A DNA stretch of 63,186 bases, filler included, from Sphacelaria rigidula (taxonomy: Eukaryota): the NCBI GenBank assembly GCA_964200075.2. It is 11 parts of 11 records of this genome, joined end to end, with 100 filler letters (N's around TTAATTAATTAA, not from the genome) between each part and the next. Parts side by side here need not be neighbours in the genome. Positions count along the whole stretch, not along the records: positions 23,016 to 28,668 come from CAXNAA020025529.1; positions 28,769 to 34,421 come from CAXNAA020025530.1; positions 34,522 to 40,174 come from CAXNAA020025531.1; 8 more parts are not named here. One strand, written 5' to 3'. A program made the translations under genes and the position numbers. Below are positions 24,716 through 37,178 of this stretch, piece after piece. The number at the start of each line of letters is the position of its first letter. Position 1 is the stretch's first letter. The notes under the pieces are model-generated. The model did no database searches and was not told the origin of the DNA. It was given only the letters and a program-made list of their open reading frames with translations.

Positions 24716-27700
24716 GGGGCCTCTGCCACTCCATCAGGTGGCAATGATGATACAGAAGGATCACGAGAAGCAGCCCCTTCCAGTACGCGTTTCTCCAGAC
24801 GCAGTGTGGCCTGCTGCAAAAACCCAAGGAAACGAACCTCACTACAGCAAGCAACGCATACATGCGCAGTTGGTGGAGCGGAGTGGGGACACAAGGAAAC
24901 GGGAACAAGATGCTTGTCTCATTGCGTACTGCTTCGGGATTTACCTCACGCGTACGCGCCTGTTGATAGGCGGTTGAGAAATAAATGCAGCTGAATTCCA
25001 TTTCTAGGATAACCCACTAACCGTCAGCGAATCACAACAATCCGGCAGAACACACCCATCCGTGATTTTTTTTCCCGTCATGCAAACATGTTACTCTCAC
25101 TTTCACCGAGCTTCACTCCACTCCGCGCCGCCCGTGGACATTCCAGAGGAAAGCACGTGAATGTGAAGTGAGAACGGCAAAAAACACCGGATCTGTCAAG
25201 CGTTAACGTCTCTACGATAAGCTCTGACGACACAACATACTTCACGAAATACGTACACTGACGCTCGATTGCCATCTGAGATCACGGAAGTAGCAAACTG
25301 TCAGGTGACTACACCCGCTGAAAGCGTCGTCTGTCCTCCCTCTACTGGATCTCTCTGGCTAACCTAGTGCACACGTTTTGATGCTCCACTTGTCTGGCGT
25401 GTGTACGGAGCAGAGATACAACACATTTCAATACTCTACACATGAAAACGCTCGCTCACCCTCTAGTTAGATCAGGATGCCAAACATCTGCGACAAGAGT
25501 CACCCGCGGTCCCGGGGTTACAACCTCCGCCGGAGGAAGAGCCCGCACTTCTTCTTCCTCTCTTTTGCCTGCTGCCGCTATTCTTTTCTCACACCCTGGT
25601 GCTGGCAGGGGCGACGGGTCCCGGCTATTTCTGGCGTCGGAAAACACGGCTGAATCGACGGTTTTATGTTGAGTGTCGGTGATACTGCTGTCGTTCCACG
25701 CCTCGTGCTCGAAGGAATCGTCGAAAATCAAGGCTCGGCCCGAGCGCACTTCTCTAGTTTGAGAGCCCACGCGGAGGCGGGCCAGTCCAGCTCCCGGAGT
25801 GACGAGCGGAAGGTGAACGCGAAGCTTTTTGTTGGTCGAGCCTGGTGTTTTATGAACACACATAATGCCATTCGGTCACTGTCTGAACCTATGGAATCAG
25901 GAAATCCAGTTAACCTGAAAGTATTGCCTATCCGGCTTCACTGAGAAATCGGCTCACGTCGTTAAAGTTGATGCTATGGAATACTCGCCTGGCCTTTGCG
26001 TGGTGGTTTCGATTCATATGAATTAGCAGTCATTATTCGTCGGTATTTGAACACTTTTGTAACTATCTTTACATATATAGATATATATATATATCGATGC
26101 CTCGCTGCGAGCGGCACTCCATCTCGTAGTAGCTGAAGGGGGGCGATGGGAGGAGGGGTACATTTTTTCATCGCAGCATCATAGGCGAGCGGGCTGACTT
26201 CAACCGGAGAGACCGTCTTTGCAGTTTACCTGGCAACTATTTCACTCTTATCGGCATGATAACGATAACTTCATTATGCCGTGATCTCTCATTCAACATC
26301 TGTATTTCGTTGATGATGTCGATGAACAAGAAGTATACCCGTGAAAAATGAAACCCTTCCCGCGAAACATAGTGCACACATCAATTTTCACACACGGGCA
26401 GACCAAGGGCGTGAGGAATCGAAATTTCAAATTCTCAACGACCGGCCGATATAATGATTCTCAGAACATCGAATCCAATACTGCACGACCCAGACGTTGG
26501 AGTTCTGAGTTGTGGCTTTCCAAATCCATTTCAAAATAAAATGATCTCGATCATCGCTCACCGTTGTGCTTGACAATATGTGTGCCAGGTGCTAAAGCGG
26601 AGAAAAATGCGTGTTCGTACTGGCGTGGCAACGCCTCCACGAGGGCGCAGGTCTTCGGGCATGCAGAACGGTTCTGCGCTTTACGGGATATCGTCGAAGT
26701 GAAGCGAAACGGAGCAGCTCAATGAAGATAGATGCTGTTGATGAGGGGACTCGGATATGCCTGTGCGGAGGGGGTGTATAATATGAGAGAGTTTCGGTAA
26801 ACGCTTTTTTTTTGTCATTTCAGAGTGCAAATATCTCAGGACCAGAGGGTAACAAAAAATTATTTCCCTCTCCTTCAAACGTGGTATCCCCTCAACTCTT
26901 TTTCGATGAGGTGTTTTTTTTTTTTGCACTCTGGTCCTGAGATATTTGCATTCTGAAAAGACAGGAAAGCGTTTTCTGAAACTCTCTATTATCCAAGTAT
27001 AGTTGTTGCAAGGGGCGTTGGATTCGCACATATTGAAGGGGAGCGAGTGTAAGTCGTTAATAACACGGGTATACGAATGTCACTTGTGCTGTAATCGTGA
27101 CTGTGTTTCTGACTGTGAGCATGGCTGCCACGTCGAAACGAACCCTGTACAATAAGCGGTACCAGCAATTTCCGTTACATGTTTTTTTTGGCGTGGATCG
27201 TATCTGCAAGCGCTTGTTCATCCTGAAGCTACAGCTTGGGTATTAGAATATTTCCATCACGCAAAACGACTACTCGGATGCAGACAAACGTGTCGACAGT
27301 GGTATACAGATGAGCTATGAACGTCGTAAACCCGCACATATGAGAGACAACATATATTTGCAGATCACCTGGCATTTTACTGTACAATAGCAGCAGACAG
27401 TGCCTGAATGGGGCCACGCACTTCTAATAATATCAGATCAAGTTGCAAGAGATCGCGCTGCGTATTCTATTTTGAACCTTCAGTAGCCAATGTTCTCTAA
27501 GTCGCCGTGAAGTCGGCTGACACAGTGATATCAGTACACGAAAAATAGGCATAATTTCACGAGGAACGCTGACAGCCAGGACGTTGAAAGTTCTTATAGC
27601 CGTACCCCTTTACAAACGGGTTTGCGCGAATTTTAATGATATGATGAGCCATTTCTTTTGGCGTATCCGTGTTTGTGACAAACGTGCGTGTTTTCATTTT

Positions 27701-28390
27701 GAAGAAGAGGTGCTGCGATAGAACACCAACGCCAAGCTTCGAACCGGTTTAATTCTTTCGACTACGGTGATTTTATGATCATTGCTGCAGGAGCACAATC
27801 GTAAACACAAATCAATACACAAAGTGACAAAAAACGCTGGCGAATTGGACTTGAATAGATTGCCCGGGAGTCAAAACGGTAGTTTTTTTACAAGATACGC
27901 CCTAGACCTTGAACGGCTAAAGGAATGACCAATAGACTCGCGGGATACGTCGTTTCAGGTTCATCTTGAAAGGGGAAATGTGTGGTCGACTGGAGAGTCA
28001 CTTCTAGATGGAGCCAGCAGCATGCGGTCATGAAAAGTGCGATACGATCTAGATGTGCAACATGACATAGTGGATGCACAAGAACACCCACGACGCAGAT
28101 CGTGCACAGGTGGACTCCTTTTGCGACCAATCCATCTGCGGAGCTGTCGCGTAGACTTGCTGCATCAGAGTGTAACGTGCCGTACATGGACAAAGTGTCG
28201 TCATCATCATCTAGGGAGTCTGGCAGAGGGCGCTCGCGAAAGTGCTGGTTGCTCTTGAGCTTACCTGTGCAAAATCAATGTTGTGAAGAAAGAGGTAAAA
28301 CACATTCCAATCTCCGCCCACGTGGCAGTAGCTACCTACCCCGTCTTCGGCGGGTCGATCACGTGAGCCTCCGAGCGGTGCTCTGTATGG
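23704..28390 (-). CDS. Aspartyl/asparaginyl beta-hydroxylase-family 2OG-Fe(II) dioxygenase, last four exons
   Basis: Exons 28390-28265 (PYRAP..GDWNVFYL), 26673-26562 (NRSACPKTC..AFFSALAPGTHIVKHNG), 25841-25460 (TNKKLRVHLPL..FDDSFEHEAWN..RVTLVADVWHPDL) and 24841-23704 (EVRFLGFLQ..polyS/polyQ..stop). All introns are GT-AG and phase-compatible. Confidence 0.92.
24030..24270 (-). repeat. Compound (CAG)n/(CAA)n coding microsatellite (polyQ/P)
   Basis: Long GCT/GTT runs on the plus strand, inside the terminal exon. Confidence 0.95.
24670..24715 (-). repeat. (AGT)n coding microsatellite (polyS)
   Basis: About 15 CTA units on the plus strand. Confidence 0.95.
26775..26993. mobile_element. Intronic foldback MITE
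   Basis: AGAGAGTTTC..TGCAAATATCTCAGGACCAGAG / CTCTGGTCCTGAGATATTTGCA..GAAACTCTCT. Confidence 0.75.
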
Positions 28391-29319
28391 CTGGTGAATT
28401 GGCGGATGGGGGTATGAGAGGCGGGAGCGGGGGGCGGGGTATGGATACACATTTTCATGAATGATTAATAGTATCTAATGACAACAACACCATATTGCTG
28501 CCTGTCTGTGACTACAACAACAGAATTGCAACGTATGCTGCAGGTAGTGTCTATCCGATTTTATTGAGAACTTTCTCGGACCTAGTACTGTGAAAGTTGC
28601 AAGGGTCGGACAAATAATGATTCGTCTGGAAATTACTTGGTTTTAGTATGATGAGTCGACTCGTGACGNNNNNNNNNNNNNNNNNNNNNNNNNNNNNNNN
28701 NNNNNNNNNNNNTTAATTAATTAANNNNNNNNNNNNNNNNNNNNNNNNNNNNNNNNNNNNNNNNNNNNCACTTTAAGCGAATGATCAAAGCCACTCTCAA
28801 TCGTATCATCTACTCTCTATCTCACGAAAACACTGTTTGAAGAGCATTCGCACAGCATGGACAGGTACGAAACAAAGCATGTTCCAGTCTACAGGGCAGT
28901 CACCCGCCTATAGACTGGGACATGCTTTTTTTTCGATCCTGTCCATGCTATGCGAATGCTCTTTAGTTGTCTACCCAACCCGCGGACCTTGCCAAAGGTG
29001 GATAAGGTCCCAAAATGGCCAGGTTACAGACCCCAGTGGCCACCCGTGTAGTGTCACTGATGAAGAACAGCAGGCTTTCAGGTGAACAGGACCTCCGTCT
29101 ATCCTGTGAGCCATTTCCGTCAGGAACGTACCCCGATCCTTGCACATCTATCACGCTGGCTACCGCAACTGCTCTGGTAAATCATAGGGTTAGGGTTAGT
29201 CGCGGTACTTTCGGATCACCGCTGAAACACTTCTTCGATCTCATTTTGAACGTCATATCATTTCGTCTCGGCTGTCGTGTACTCATTTACCTGTTCCGCC
29301 TAGTGGTAGTTTGTTGCAT

Positions 29320-29800
29320 TAGACGCCATACTTCTTGTGTTTGCGTCCGAGATATCGAAGTATGTGTTTGGGCTCGTACGAGTTTATGAAATCAAGCAGT
29401 TTCGTTGTCAGAAATTCAAATCATTCCCACGTCACACGCCTTCCGCAACCCTCTGCCTTTGACCTCCACATGCATCTATTACTTGGTGCTTGCCGTCGCC
29501 TTGGGCCTCCGAAGCGCACTCTCACTTGGTGATCTAAACAAACTCTTATGGAGGGACTAGTAGACTAGTGGTGGTGGCTGTTACATTTCGACGCCATGCT
29601 TTTGTTTGCGTCCGAAATGTATGTGTCTGTGTGAGTTCATGAAATCAAGCAGTTTGGTTGCCAAATATTCAATCATAATCATATGAGCACACGCCTTCCG
29701 CAACTCTCTGTCTTTGACCCCCAAATGCATCTACTACTCGGTGCTAGCCGTCGCCTTGAACCCACAAGCGCACTCTCACTTGGTGATCAAACAAAATCTT
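29320..29800 (+). repeat. Diverged tandem duplication (unit of about 265 bp)
   Basis: GACGCCAT..TTTGCGTCCGA..ATGAAATCAAGCAGTTT..GCGCACTCTCACTTGGTGATC occurs twice. Confidence 0.8.
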
Positions 29801-29894
29801 GTGGGAACACGGGTACTCGACACTCTCACTAGCACTCGAACCTGGGTAAACCCCGTCTGTCACGCCCATGTTTTTGTCGTTATCAAAATGAAAG

Positions 29895-32522
29895 GTGGCT
29901 GCGTGGGACATCACAACCATGGACTACCACCAACCTGAAGACCCATACGTGGAGCGGTCTTACATCAGCGCGATTTCAGAAGTCGTGCTCGACGAATCCG
30001 AGACATGTGATGGGAAGGCGAAGCAAACCATGGGCGAGGCGCGTATGGACATTGTCAGCTCCGAAATGGCCTACCTCGGGTTCCAAGGGTCAGAGTCCTA
30101 CGGACTCACTTGGAAGGTAATCCATGGCATCTTGACGAGGCAGCGTTTAGATGAAAGTTACGCATTGTCTCCCTTGTGACTATGCGTGTGCGTGTGAGGG
30201 TGGGTGTGCTTTCCGGCTTCGTGTAATCGACTCAAAGCTGCGTGTGAGGTAGGTGGCTACCGCAAAGAAAAATGTCCCTTCATCACCCGTCACGAACCCC
30301 AGAACTTGGCTGAGCCCTTGGACCTCTTGTTTTCCTCTGGCTGTCCGGTGACAGGTGCGTGGGTTTTGCAAGGACAAGAGTAATCCAGAGGTCTTCGACG
30401 AGGTGAATGTATACGGAAACATTTACGACAGTGAGATCCACCACCTTCGGTTCGCGGTTTACACATATGGGTGAGCACCGCAACCTCGTGTGAACGTGGA
30501 GTGCATACGCCCCAAGGCTTTCTACCAGATGCTGTGCCTAACGTTGCTGATGCCGTGTATTCGCAGCTCTGCCTTACCCTGGATATCATCATTATGTTGC
30601 TCCCCGCACGGCGTTCTCCCCACGCATGCTCGATCGTGTCCCGAGGAAGAACAATTGACCATTGGTGGTCGGCCCCAAAATGTTTATTTTGAACAAACTT
30701 TCGCTGTAATCCTGTACTTGCATCGACTATTTCTCTCCCTATATCCCCGTCATTCTGCCTATCCCGTATCTCGGTTGCAAATTACAGACATGAGAAAGGC
30801 GACTGGAGGCGGAACACGGTGCACTCGAATTCCGCGTACGGATTCGACCCCCACGACGACTCGGACTACCTGACCATCCACGACAACATCGTGTACGATA
30901 ACACTTGGCACGGTAAGCCGTCCGGAATGCATGTCATCCCAGTGATTATGTTTTTTGTGCGTACGACATCATGTCATGGCGTAGCCTTGCTCCGCATATG
31001 TTGAGTGGAAATTGCAGTGCGGCCAACTCAAGTCGTTCACGTTCATCGTAGTCAGACATGATCGTGTGCCACGACATGGCTCATATTTTCCCGCTCTGAA
31101 ACATTTTTTCTATCCGCGCCGCTCTTCTGTGAAACCTACGCAACGTACAGGCATCATCGCCTCCAAGCGCTGTAACAACGTGTCGATCCAGGGAAACACT
31201 GTATACGGCGGCGGAGAAACTTCAGCGGGAATTTTCTTGCACCGTAGCAGCGACGACGCCATCGTCAAAAGTAAGAAATTTCGAAACAACAGTACACGTT
31301 CTGACGACAACAATAAGAATTATCCGTCTGTACTTTTCCGTGACCACCGGCCGCGCTGGCATACGATATGCCGACTACTTTGGTCGGCAACATTTTGTTC
31401 TGAGGCCCTGGTTTAGCACATGGTTTTCGATTGAAATTGTGCGGTGAAAAGCAACAATCCCGATTTGATGAGTCGTAATTTCAACCATTGTCGTTACCTT
31501 TGAAGATGGTTGAAATCATGACCTATCAGACCAGGATTTTTGTTTTCCACCGCACTTTTATTATCAAAAACTAATATGCTGAGACTGGGCCTTACTCTCC
31601 ATCACGTGCCTGGGGGGGAGCGTTCTTCGGTGACACTCTAGAAGTGACACTACGGTGAACCTCACCTTACCGTTTCTACCACCAACCCCCTTCCCCCTCT
31701 CCTGTCCTATTTTACCCCCATCCAATGTGCGCGCTGTGCTTGCAGACAACAATGTCCACGACAATGGTGACGCCGGCATGGCCCTGCTCGAGATCAGCCG
31801 GGCTGTAGTGGAGGACAATACATTCACGAACAACAAGTACGGCGTGCGTCTGTCCGTTGGGTGCGCGGACAACAAGTTCGAAAACAACATGTTCAAAAAC
31901 ACCAGTAGGTGAGATCAACATCGTGTACAACACAAGAGAACATTGACCTAGTTCGATCGGTAACGGATCGGTAACGGATCGGTAACGGATCAATACCCCG
32001 AGGAGGTACGATTCCCTTCCTTTGTGACCTCGATTTTCCGGCGAAAATCCGTGTTTCCATATTAGTGCTGTGTAGCGGAGCGTCACGACCGGAATTATAC
32101 TCTATACAGCTCGAGACGTGTTCTTCGTTCAAGAACCGTTTGATTTGTCTCACCCCACCTTCACCTCTCATCTCGTCTTTGCCGTCTGTGCCGTCTGTGC
32201 CGTGTATGGTCGTTGTCAAAGATACGGTCTTTACACGTACGAGGGAAGCGACCTCCCAGATGTCATGGACACGGGCCGCTCTCAAAACAACATCTTCGTC
32301 GGAAACACTGTCAAAGGGGGTCCTCAGAGCGTCAAGATCAAGGAAGCTGACTTCACTACGATAATCGACAACAAGTTCGAAGATGCCGAAGTCGTTCAGT
32401 TTCAAAATGCTACCGAGACCTTTGTGGTGGACAACACGGGGTTGGATGATGTGGAAATCAAGATACAGGAGGAGGCATGCTTCGCGGAGAACTCCGATTC
32501 CGAGTTCAAGCCTATCTGTTAA
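29895..32522 (+). CDS. MC5E: Mannuronan C-5 epimerase (alginate epimerase), last six exons
   Basis: Exons 29895-30116, 30355-30470, 30788-30912, 31151-31270, 31746-31908 and 32222-32522 join in frame. Catalytic YGFDPHDDSD, plus ESYGLTWKVRGFC, HGIIASKRCN, GIFLHRSSD and parallel beta-helix repeats. Confidence 0.96.
31954..31991. repeat. (GATCGGTAACG)3 minisatellite in an intron
   Basis: Three tandem 11-mers. Confidence 0.9.
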
Positions 32523-34240
32523 CGTCCGAGTGATGATTGAAGTGTTCGGAAGTACTGCCAAATCCTCACATTCGGGTGCTGATTTCATTGTCTGATGCTG
32601 TTGAAACGCCCCTCTGTGAATGCTGTCATTTCCTCGCGATTTTTGAGTTTCCGATTTTTGTTTTGTGGTACAGCGGCGCAGCTCTTGGGCGTCGACGCCC
32701 GTTTGAAGCACGAGGAGTTTTCAGCCTCCGCCAGAGCAGAGAACCATTTGATTCGAAGACTGTTGTGTTTGTCATCCATGCCACCTTTGTTGGCATGTTG
32801 AACCTTCGCGGTCAAATACAACCGTGTATTTTGGACCGGAATAGGTGCGGATCGTGTCACAATCCGAGAGTAGTAATGTAAAGTGTAAGACGAAGATGAA
32901 CTATGTGTTCGGCGCGACTGTTCGTTTGACGTCGCATAATTTTCGGGACTGGGTAGTGTTTCGAATGGCTTTTGGTCTTGATGAGGTATCATGCCCAGAC
33001 ATATGTAGTAATCCGTCGGGGGGAGGTGGGACGGTTGGAATCGTTCCTTGGGTGAGATAGCACGGGAAAAAGCAGGGCAGGATGTGAAGTTGTGTTTCAG
33101 AGGTGAACGGCAATCTCCGCTGCTAAGCTCACTTTCAGCGAGATTTCGGTTGACCGTAAACTCGACAACAGATGTGGAGCGACGCTGGTCAACATTGTTG
33201 AGGGGCAACGTTCCGAGAAAACAAAATGGCCAGAGTTGCGTGTGTGTGCGGTGTACGTGATACTTGTTCTTGTCGCGGACCCCGCGTTGTCGAAAGGGAG
33301 AACGAGTAGCGATTTTTTTGTGTATTGGATAGGATCAGCAACTACTCGCAGCTGCGAACCGACGTGTAAAAGGGCTCTATCGTCTCGGTTGTCTGGTGCT
33401 TGTCTGTTTTTGGCCACATATCGTTTTTAGGGGTAATACTTCCCAGTCATATTTTTTGGCGAGAAAGTGAGTAATTTCGACACCTTGGATAAGTGACGAG
33501 TCCTGCCCCCCGTAAGTTTGTTGCACAGGCGATGAAAAAAGCCACAATTAATTTGAGTAAAAGCAGAAAGCCATACTACTTGAATGAGCAAAAATTCATT
33601 TTTTTCACGCCAAAAAAAAGTCCTGACAGATCGGTTCGTGTACTTGGAGTTGATATCAGCGTGCGTGCAAGTCATCATGCACACGGAGATACTGAATCGC
33701 TCGAATTATGAAATTATTATATAACTGTAGTTGAAGTCTAGTTGATATTTATATGAACCCCACTTCAGCGCTTTCCACATTGGGCACGCATGATGACCAC
33801 CACTTGTGCAAGAGCGTATCAACGTGACGTCGTGCGCTCCTGCCTTCTGCTGGGCGTAAGAGCGTCGTATTTTTCGGAATCAGGATGGAGGAAGCGTTGC
33901 TCCTTCTGGACGCTGGGTCCGAGGCGCGTTTTTGGGCAAGGACTGCTGCGCGAATCTCACACGTGGGGCCTGTCAGGGTCATCTTATTGTTGTATCTTTA
34001 CAAAATTAGTAGTGCTTGATTGCCTGTTCATACAAATGGACGTATTCCTGCAAGAATTCTGTAGTACAGAACGTGGTATACTGCGGTTCACTCCTCGTGA
34101 ATACGGTACAAATCAAAGATTTCTGCGAAAAATACGATGCCGTTTTTTTCTCGAAAAGTACACATTTCGACTGGTTTATCGGTGGATTCAGGTGAAACGA
34201 CATTATTATCATAATAAGTCATTCAAAAAGACGCACGTGC

Positions 34241-34390
34241 ATCAATGTTGGAAATCGGGTATCGATACTCGATACGGTTTCGATATATATATATATATCG
34301 GTCGATACGGCGTATCGATATTGCCGCTTCCCAAGCCGATATTTGTCGATACGTCTTAGTATCGGCATTGGGATAATATCCATATTCATA
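34241..34390. repeat. CGATA-rich subterminal region of a probable hAT-like MITE
   Basis: Clustered ATCG/CGATA motifs following CAATGTTGG. Confidence 0.35.
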
Positions 34391-35255
34391 TTATAACAGC
34401 CGATCATCTATGTTGAGGATGNNNNNNNNNNNNNNNNNNNNNNNNNNNNNNNNNNNNNNNNNNNNTTAATTAATTAANNNNNNNNNNNNNNNNNNNNNNN
34501 NNNNNNNNNNNNNNNNNNNNNAATCAGGCCGAAGAAATCGTGAATTTGGTGAATTTGAGTCGTGATGACTTGTCCTAACCGTGAACGTTTACGTTTTGCT
34601 CATTTACTTCAATCGGCTGTATTACAATAGTGGTGGAGGGGGCTTCTTCCTTGTGGGTATTGGCAGGCGATCCTGGAAAGTCGGGACGACATTTTTAAAT
34701 GTATACGATGTGATTCGAAATAATTCATTCTTTTGTGTTCCTGGTGGATTTCGCGTTAGGTTCATTAGTCAAAAGTTAGAGCTCGCAACATTCACGAGCC
34801 AGGTGTCATCTTTATTTTTACGCTTTATCTTCAGCACGCGTTGTGTTCGATTGCAAAACTCGACACTTTCGAAGGATTTTCACTTCGAGTACGCGCGCTC
34901 CTGACGTTGTTACTTGCCTTGTGCAATACATGCAGCACTACTTTTCGTACCGAAATAAACCGTAATCATCCTACTGCGTATTTGTATGTCCGTACCTCCC
35001 CCCTGCGTGCACGAATCATCTACTGAATGATTGCGGTGTGATAAAACCCTTCATGTGGACAAAATCACATGTACACACCACCACGTGTGTCCGTTCAGTA
35101 GTGGCTTGTTGAGAAATGCTGCATCAGCCGCACTGGCTGGATTCAGTCGCGCCGCGTGATAGCTGGTATAGCGACCGAGTACCGTTGCTGGATGCATGCA
35201 GTATCCATTCATTGCCGTTGCTAAGGCGGGGTATTCTTATATTGTGTTTTCCCAG

Positions 35256-37178
35256 GTTGGTCGTGGAGAGCAAGTCAGACTGGCAGCGATTTCCGCTCCC
35301 ATGACTTCCGGTGCTGCTGGAGTACTCCCCTCACCGACCACCAACTCCGCCATCCCATCACCGGCGAAGCTGGTGTACGGCGAGACTGCCCAGCGGTCCC
35401 TTGTGAAGGCACTCGCTTGGCGATTCACCGCCGCTGTGGTGACTCTGGTGAGCACAGTAGCACAGCAACAGTACCTCACATACGGGGGAAGAGAGTCTCA
35501 AAGGGAGGAAAGCACCCTGAAAGACACGTGCAACTTCGTGTTCGTGAAGAACCGATCCGCGAGCCTATTGATCGTACAATCGTACAATGCGGAAGATGAA
35601 GTGGCGCATGTGCTCTTCACAGAAGCTGCTCGTGGCGTTTCACCTTTTGTCTCTAGATATCAGCCTGGCGCTTCATTGTTTTTGTTGGTGTTTATTCTGG
35701 CTCTCTCTCTCCTTCATATTTCACCTTTTTCGAGCTTCCTACAGCGAGCTAGCGTTTCCAATTGTTCATTACCCTGGGTGCGCCTATTTTGTTGAAATCA
35801 CGGCTGTATTCGTGGCGGTAATGGTGTGACGGAAATCAAATATCTCGGTGATGAAAAATTAGAATAAAAAAACTGTCCGACCTCGTTTGTCTCTGCTTAT
35901 GTCCCTCTCTCGATCACTGTACGAGGCTCTGTCTCGGTATGCACATTTTTCTCGTCACCGACGAACTCACGTTCGATTTCCCAACCTTGCGCAACCCACC
36001 GTGTCGCAGGTATCCAGCTTGACGTTTTCAGGCAGTCTGGCGACGGCCATGAGCATCGTAACCTCGGATTTCCTCACCAAAAGCTTCACCATGTTCGCCG
36101 GGGAGCGCCTGTGGAACAACGTAAGCATCGCAGCCTCCGCACAAAAAAACTCACTCGCAGATCACTGTTCCGGGAGATGAGTCGCCCCCAACGATAGTAC
36201 TTCACATTACAAGAGCACACAGATTCGGCGTCCCGCTCAGTGACATTTGAGGGCCGTGTCGTTTTCTTGGCCGTGATATCAATTACATATAAGTAAGGGC
36301 TTGGTCATTCATCCTTGGTACGTTTGGACCTGCACGCACATCCCCTGGGACCCACATAGCTGCAACAAAGCGAGCATAACGTGCCCTAGATTCCGAGTAC
36401 CATCACCTCCACATGTGGTACCCTCGGAAGTGCCCTTGCTTGCCTGATCTGTGGAACCCGCCCAGATGTTACTACGACCCCCTTTCCCCCCCCCACGCGC
36501 TCTGTGAGTAACCTCGCGCCCTCTCCTCCTGACCAATGCCACCGCACGCAGGTCAAATGGGGACAGGAAAAGACGGGAGACAGCGCCAAGCGATCTCTAG
36601 CCAAGGCCACATTGTGGCGCCTGTTTGCGGCCTCCAACACCCTCATCTGCGGTATCTTTCTGGCCAAGGACTTGAGCGTGGCGTCTAAGATAGCGGGAAG
36701 CGACACCGTATTCAAGACGGTGAGCATATTATTTCGGTGTCTTCTCCGTGTTCTGACAGGAAAAACACCGAAGAGACAGCAAAATAATGGGAATAAGGTT
36801 CAGATCACAACGGCGTACCCATATATTCCCTCTGTATAGGGGTACAGGGCACAGGGGGCTCAAGTGAGGACAGCGTGTTTGATGATCATGTGACGAGTAT
36901 GGTATTTCATAATTGTATCCGTGGGCTGGGTTGGCCAACTGAAGACTTCGACGAGCAATCTAACACCAAGCACACTTGGAATAATGGAAGCAACTACCTC
37001 GCCCTTACCGTTGCCTCGCCAAGCCCACAATACCCCCCCCCCCCCCCCCCCTCCCCCACCCACAAAAACCCCCCCCGCCCGTTGTTTGTGGTTTCCCCCC
37101 CCCCCAGGCGCGTTTTTTTTTCATGAGCGCGCGTGGGCTTCCGTGGCTTGGGGCAAGCAGTACGAGCTAGGCGCGTAA
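35256..37178 (+). CDS. Membrane protein with two DUF2061-like domains
   Basis: Exons 35256-35447 (ETAQRSLVKALAWR), 36010-36120 (TK..MFAGERLWN), 36552-36719 (VKWG..DSAKRSLAKATLWR) and 37108-37178 (FFHERAWASVAWG). The last exon needs a 1-nt correction in a T homopolymer. Confidence 0.85.

Noticed and set aside
23704..37178. Hydroxylase + epimerase + membrane protein as a cell-wall gene cluster
   Set aside because: The three genes lie on different scaffolds joined artificially.
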